A stretch of 64,000 bases of DNA from Myxococcota bacterium (GTDB lineage Bacteria; Myxococcota_A; UBA796; SXON01), in assembly GCA_040386535.1 (NCBI GenBank), contig JAZKFH010000063.1:32001-96000 (forward strand), given 5' to 3'. Below are positions 60,285-64,000 of this stretch, one piece after another. The translations under genes were made by a program, and so were the position numbers. How positions within the stretch are numbered: the stretch's first letter is position 1; every line of letters begins with the position of its first letter. The notes beneath the pieces are model-generated. The model saw only the letters and a list, made by a program, of their open reading frames with translations. It had not been told where the DNA came from and made no database searches.

Positions 60285-60818
60285 TCAGGCGAACTTGCCG
60301 CGGACGGTCGGGCCGGGAAGCGCGCCGATGGAGCGCGGCATCGACGGATTGAAGAGGTCGTCGATGAGCACGCTGCCGGCCACGATCAGGATGAGCAGGC
60401 CGAAGCGGCCCGTCGCTTCGGGCGAATCCAGGTGTACGCGCGCCGCGGCCGAGTCGGGACGCCCTGACCAGTCCAACCGGGCCACCCGGGTTCCGTCCGT
60501 GGCGCGGATGATGAGGCCGGTGGTGCTGCGCTCGAAGTCGTAGCAAGGACCGCTCGCGACGCAGAACGTGCGGTGCCCGTGCCAATCGTGCTGGAGATGG
60601 GCGATTTCGGCGAGCTCCCCCATCGGGCGCACGACGATGCGCGGGCGGTGGAAACCCACACGTTGCAGGATGAACGCGTCGTTTCCCGCGGTCGCGACCC
60701 ACCCCCGCTCCCCGGGCGAGATCTGCGCCTGGACCGAGACGCCGTCCTGCAGCTCCCAGCCACCCGAGGCGTCCAGGACCCATTCGAGCGAGGTCGTGCC
60801 GTTGGTGTGAGTGGACAT
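60285..60818 (-). CDS. Hypothetical protein
   Basis: Fills the gap between Lon-N and ppk1; beta-rich with terminal hydrophobic helix (LURP/tubby-like pattern, weak). Confidence 0.5.
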   Translation of the reverse strand: MSTHTNGTTSLEWVLDASGGWELQDGVSVQAQISPGERGWVATAGNDAFILQRVGFHRPRIVVRPMGELAEIAHLQHDWHGHRTFCVASGPCYDFERSTTGLIIRATDGTRVARLDWSGRPDSAAARVHLDSPEATGRFGLLILIVAGSVLIDDLFNPSMPRSIGALPGPTVRGKFA

Positions 60819-60966
60819 GAAGAGAGTATGGACCCTGGCGGTTACGGGGAAGCGGCGTGTTCGTGACGACTTCGTACCGGTGACTGTGACGATCGCGTGT
60901 CGGGGTGTCTGCGCTCCCCTCTGCGAATTATCTACTTCCGCCCTCCTAGACAACGCTGGAGCGTTC

Positions 60967-63066
60967 TTGGATTCCGAGCGAGTTCCGCGCACGTCCATTC
61001 TGGTGAACCGAGAGCTCTCGTGGCTCGCCTTCAACGCCCGCGTACTCGAGGAGGCTCAGGATGAGTCCGTGCCCCTCCTGGAGCGGGTGCGGTTCCTGGC
61101 TATCTTCAGCTCGAACCTCGATGAGTTCTTCATGGTCCGGTACGCCGGCATCTGGAGGCAGATCGACGCCGGGGTGACCAAGCTCGGGCCCGACGGGCTC
61201 ACGCCGCACAAGGTGCTCGAGGCCATCGCGGCCCGGACGCGTGAGCTCGTCGCCACCCAGCACAGCCTGCTCCGCGAGGCGCTGCTGCCCGCGCTCGCCG
61301 CGGAGGGCATCCGTCTGTTGCGCCAGCGGGACCTGTCGGAGGCGCAACGCGCGTTCCTCGACACGACGTTCCGCAGCCGAATCCTGCCCGTGCTCACGCC
61401 GATGGCCGTCGATCCCGCGCACCCGTTTCCGTGGCTGGCCAACCGCGCCTTGTGCCTGATGGTGCAGCTCGAGTCGCTCGAGGACGGGCCGATCCCCGCC
61501 GCCTCGCAGTGCATCATCCACATGCCGGCGGGTGGGCTCCCGCGCTTCATCCGGGTCCCCGCCGAGGAGGGAACGTTCGCGTTCGTCCTGATCGAAGACG
61601 TGATCCGGATGCACCTCGATCGGCTGTTCACCGGCTTTCGCGTGCTGTCGTGCCGCGCCATCCGCGTCACGCGGGACGCCGAGCTCGATTTCGAGCTCCA
61701 GGAGGAGGGCGCCGACGATCTGATCTCCTCCATCGAGGAGGCCGTCCGCAACCGCCGCATGGGCGCCGCCGTGCGCCTCCAGTACGAGCGCGGCCTCTCC
61801 CAGGCCCAGCTCGACCTGCTCGTGAGCGAGCTGGAGCTCGACCCCGCCGACCTGTACCCGGTCGACGGGATGACCGCGCTCACCGATCTTTCGCAGCTCG
61901 TGGCGCAGGTGGATCTCCCGCGGCTGAAGGACCCGATCTTCATGCCACAACCGGTGGCCGAGTTCGAGCGCGCCCGGGATCCCTTCGCCGCCATCCGGCA
62001 GGGCGACATCCTGGTGCACCACCCCTACCAGGACTTCGAGTACGTCCACCGCTTCATCCAGGCCGCCGCCGAGGACCCCGACGTCCTCGCGATCAAGATG
62101 ACGCTGTACCGCGTCAGCGGAGACTCCCCGATCGCCAAGGCGCTCCTCGCCGCGGCGCGGAACGGCAAGGAGGTGGCGGTGCTCGTCGAGCTCCGCGCGC
62201 GGTTCTCCGAGGAGGCGAACATCGCGTGGGCCCGGCGGCTCGAGGCCACCGGCGCGCACGTGGTCTACGGCATCGTCGGCAAGAAGACGCACTGCAAGGC
62301 CGCGCTGGTGGTGCGCCGCGAGGGGGAGGCCCTGCGCCGCTACTGCCACCTCGCGACCGGCAACTACAACCACCAGACCGCCAAGGTCTACACGGACGTG
62401 AGCCTGTTCACCGCCCGAGAGACCTTCGGCGAGGACCTGACGCACCTGTTCAACCTGCTCACCGGCTACGTGCGGACCCCCCCGCTGAACCACCTCGTCC
62501 TCGCGCCCGAGGGGCTCCGGAAGTTCCTGGTCGCGCGCATCCGTCGCGAGGCGGATCACGCTCGGGCGGGTCGGCCCGCGCGCCTGCGCGCCAAGCTCAA
62601 CGCGCTCGCGGACACCGAGCTCATCCATGAGCTCTACGACGCGAGCCGGGCGGGCGTCACCATCGATCTCGTCGTCCGCGGCATCTGCTGCCTCCGTCCC
62701 GGCGTGCCCGGCCTCTCGGAGAACATCCGCGTCATCAGCATCGTGGACCGTTTCCTCGAGCACGCCCGCATCCTCTGCTTCGAGAACGGCGGCGATCCCG
62801 AGTACTTCCTCTCCAGCGCCGACTGGATGGGCCGCAACCTCGACGGGCGGGTGGAGACCACGTTCCCCGTGCTCGAGCCCGCCCTGCGCAAGAAGCTCGA
62901 GGAGATTCTCCACGTGCAGCTCGCCGACAACGCGAAGGCGCGGGTGCTCACCTCCGACGGGCAACACATGCGCCGCGCGCCCGAGGCCGACCGGGTGCGC
63001 GCGCAGGAGCGCCTCATCGTGTCCGCCTACGCGCTCGCCGTGACCAACCGGGACGTGGACAACTAG
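60967..63066 (+). CDS. ppk1: Polyphosphate kinase 1 (TTG start after GGAG)
   Basis: NRELSWL.FN.RVL, SSNLDEFFMVR, HHPY, KTHCK, TGNYN, RFLEH.R, SADWM.RN. Confidence 0.95.
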   Translation: MDSERVPRTSILVNRELSWLAFNARVLEEAQDESVPLLERVRFLAIFSSNLDEFFMVRYAGIWRQIDAGVTKLGPDGLTPHKVLEAIAARTRELVATQHSLLREALLPALAAEGIRLLRQRDLSEAQRAFLDTTFRSRILPVLTPMAVDPAHPFPWLANRALCLMVQLESLEDGPIPAASQCIIHMPAGGLPRFIRVPAEEGTFAFVLIEDVIRMHLDRLFTGFRVLSCRAIRVTRDAELDFELQEEGADDLISSIEEAVRNRRMGAAVRLQYERGLSQAQLDLLVSELELDPADLYPVDGMTALTDLSQLVAQVDLPRLKDPIFMPQPVAEFERARDPFAAIRQGDILVHHPYQDFEYVHRFIQAAAEDPDVLAIKMTLYRVSGDSPIAKALLAAARNGKEVAVLVELRARFSEEANIAWARRLEATGAHVVYGIVGKKTHCKAALVVRREGEALRRYCHLATGNYNHQTAKVYTDVSLFTARETFGEDLTHLFNLLTGYVRTPPLNHLVLAPEGLRKFLVARIRREADHARAGRPARLRAKLNALADTELIHELYDASRAGVTIDLVVRGICCLRPGVPGLSENIRVISIVDRFLEHARILCFENGGDPEYFLSSADWMGRNLDGRVETTFPVLEPALRKKLEEILHVQLADNAKARVLTSDGQHMRRAPEADRVRAQERLIVSAYALAVTNRDVDN

Positions 63067-64000
63067 CGCGCGGGGGGCGCGCCGTACGGGCCGATCACGA
63101 GCGGACGCCCGAAGACCCGGGCGAAACGCTCGCTGATCTCGGCCTGCACGCGCGCGTCGAGGCCCACGCGGACCGCGTCGGTGTCGACGGCACAGGTGAG
63201 CGGGCGGCCGTGCGCGGCGGCGACGAGGTCGAGCAGCACGGCGAGGCGCGCGCGGATGCCGAGATCGATGCGGAGGCGCGGCACGGGCGACACCAGGTCG
63301 GCCACGGCCAGCACCTCGCGCTGGAAGAACCCCTGGATGGGGCGCTCGAGCAGCGCGGAGAGGGGGCCGGGGACCGGCGAGCGGCGCTCCCACAAGGCAC
63401 GCAGGCGCGCGGCCACCGCGAAGGTGTCCCGCAGCGTCGGGTCGAGCCCGAGCGGCGTTGCGAGCGCGTCGAACAGGGCCTCCGCGGAGGTGCGGGCCCG
63501 GCTCGCCCAGGCGAGATCCTCGGGTGTCCCGCCGAAGCGGCCACGGAGGCCGGCCTCGCGGATGTCGGCCACGCGGGCCTCGGGGCCGAGCAGGTGCATC
63601 AGCGCGGCGCCCTCACGCACGCCTGAGGAGGAGACCTCCATCCCGTCGAACCCACCGGTGCGGAGCAGCTGCTTCACCACGAGGGCACCGGCGATCACGA
63701 GGTCCACGCGGTGGGCGGGCAGGCCCGGGATGTCGCGGCGGCGCGCGGCGTCGGCGCGGCTGACGAGCTCCCAGGAGGACTCGATATCGTCGGAGGTGAG
63801 GCGGTAGCCGTGCCCGTGCGGGATCGGCCACTCCGCCGCGCGGCGCGACATCTTCGCGAGCGTGCGGATGGTCCCACCCACGCCGACCACGTGCCCACCC
63901 GCGTTCTTGAGCCAGGGGAGCGTCTCGAGCGTGCGCTGCACGTGGCGGCGCAACACGTTGACCGTGGGGCCGTCCGGCGGGTCGGTTCGGACGAACTGGT
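63063..64000 (-). CDS. ppx: Ppx/GppA exopolyphosphatase, 5' part beyond window
   Basis: GVGGTIR.LA, R..IPGL...R.D....GA, S..GVREG. Confidence 0.85.
   Translation of the reverse strand, partial: QFVRTDPPDGPTVNVLRRHVQRTLETLPWLKNAGGHVVGVGGTIRTLAKMSRRAAEWPIPHGHGYRLTSDDIESSWELVSRADAARRRDIPGLPAHRVDLVIAGALVVKQLLRTGGFDGMEVSSSGVREGAALMHLLGPEARVADIREAGLRGRFGGTPEDLAWASRARTSAEALFDALATPLGLDPTLRDTFAVAARLRALWERRSPVPGPLSALLERPIQGFFQREVLAVADLVSPVPRLRIDLGIRARLAVLLDLVAAAHGRPLTCAVDTDAVRVGLDARVQAEISERFARVFGRPLVIGPYGAPPAR

Noticed and set aside
60819..60966. GTGAC/GTTAC words upstream of ppk1 as a Pho box
   Set aside because: Spacing does not give a clean 11-bp direct repeat; too weak to call

Overview
Very GC-rich (about 70%+ by eye), gene-dense bacterial chromosomal window with about 58 CDS. 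A Myxococcota-like origin is inferred from a MYXO-CTERM-type sorting tail, MopE-like DxDGDG repeats and many Asp/Thr-tethered lipoproteins. I found no rRNA, tRNA, CRISPR array, integrase or transposase. Recognisable modules: folB+RibD_C reductase; alkB+TetR; CotH/fibrinogen-like surface pair; an atypical FabH; dps-egtB-egtD; a four-gene multi-PAS phosphorelay ending in a PP2C; GlnA-like; copC-copD convergent on a compact ccoS-ccoS-ccoN-ccoO-cytochrome c cluster; yegD; four paralogous GT-C-like membrane proteins; L,D-transpeptidase; sixA; a macro-domain pseudogene; a TolC-MFP-RND pump; rhomboid; ppk1 and partial ppx. The most unusual signals are window-wide. (1) Many exported proteins have ultra-short (7-12 aa) signal peptides, mostly with no basic n-region. 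(2) A TA-initiated -10-like hexamer recurs 5-8 nt before start codons lacking a Shine-Dalgarno, suggesting leaderless mRNAs. (3) An expanded GT-C-like family co-occurs with D-T/S-rich lipoprotein tethers, a possible undescribed envelope glycosylation system. All family calls come from motif recognition, not database searches, and start codons are best estimates.
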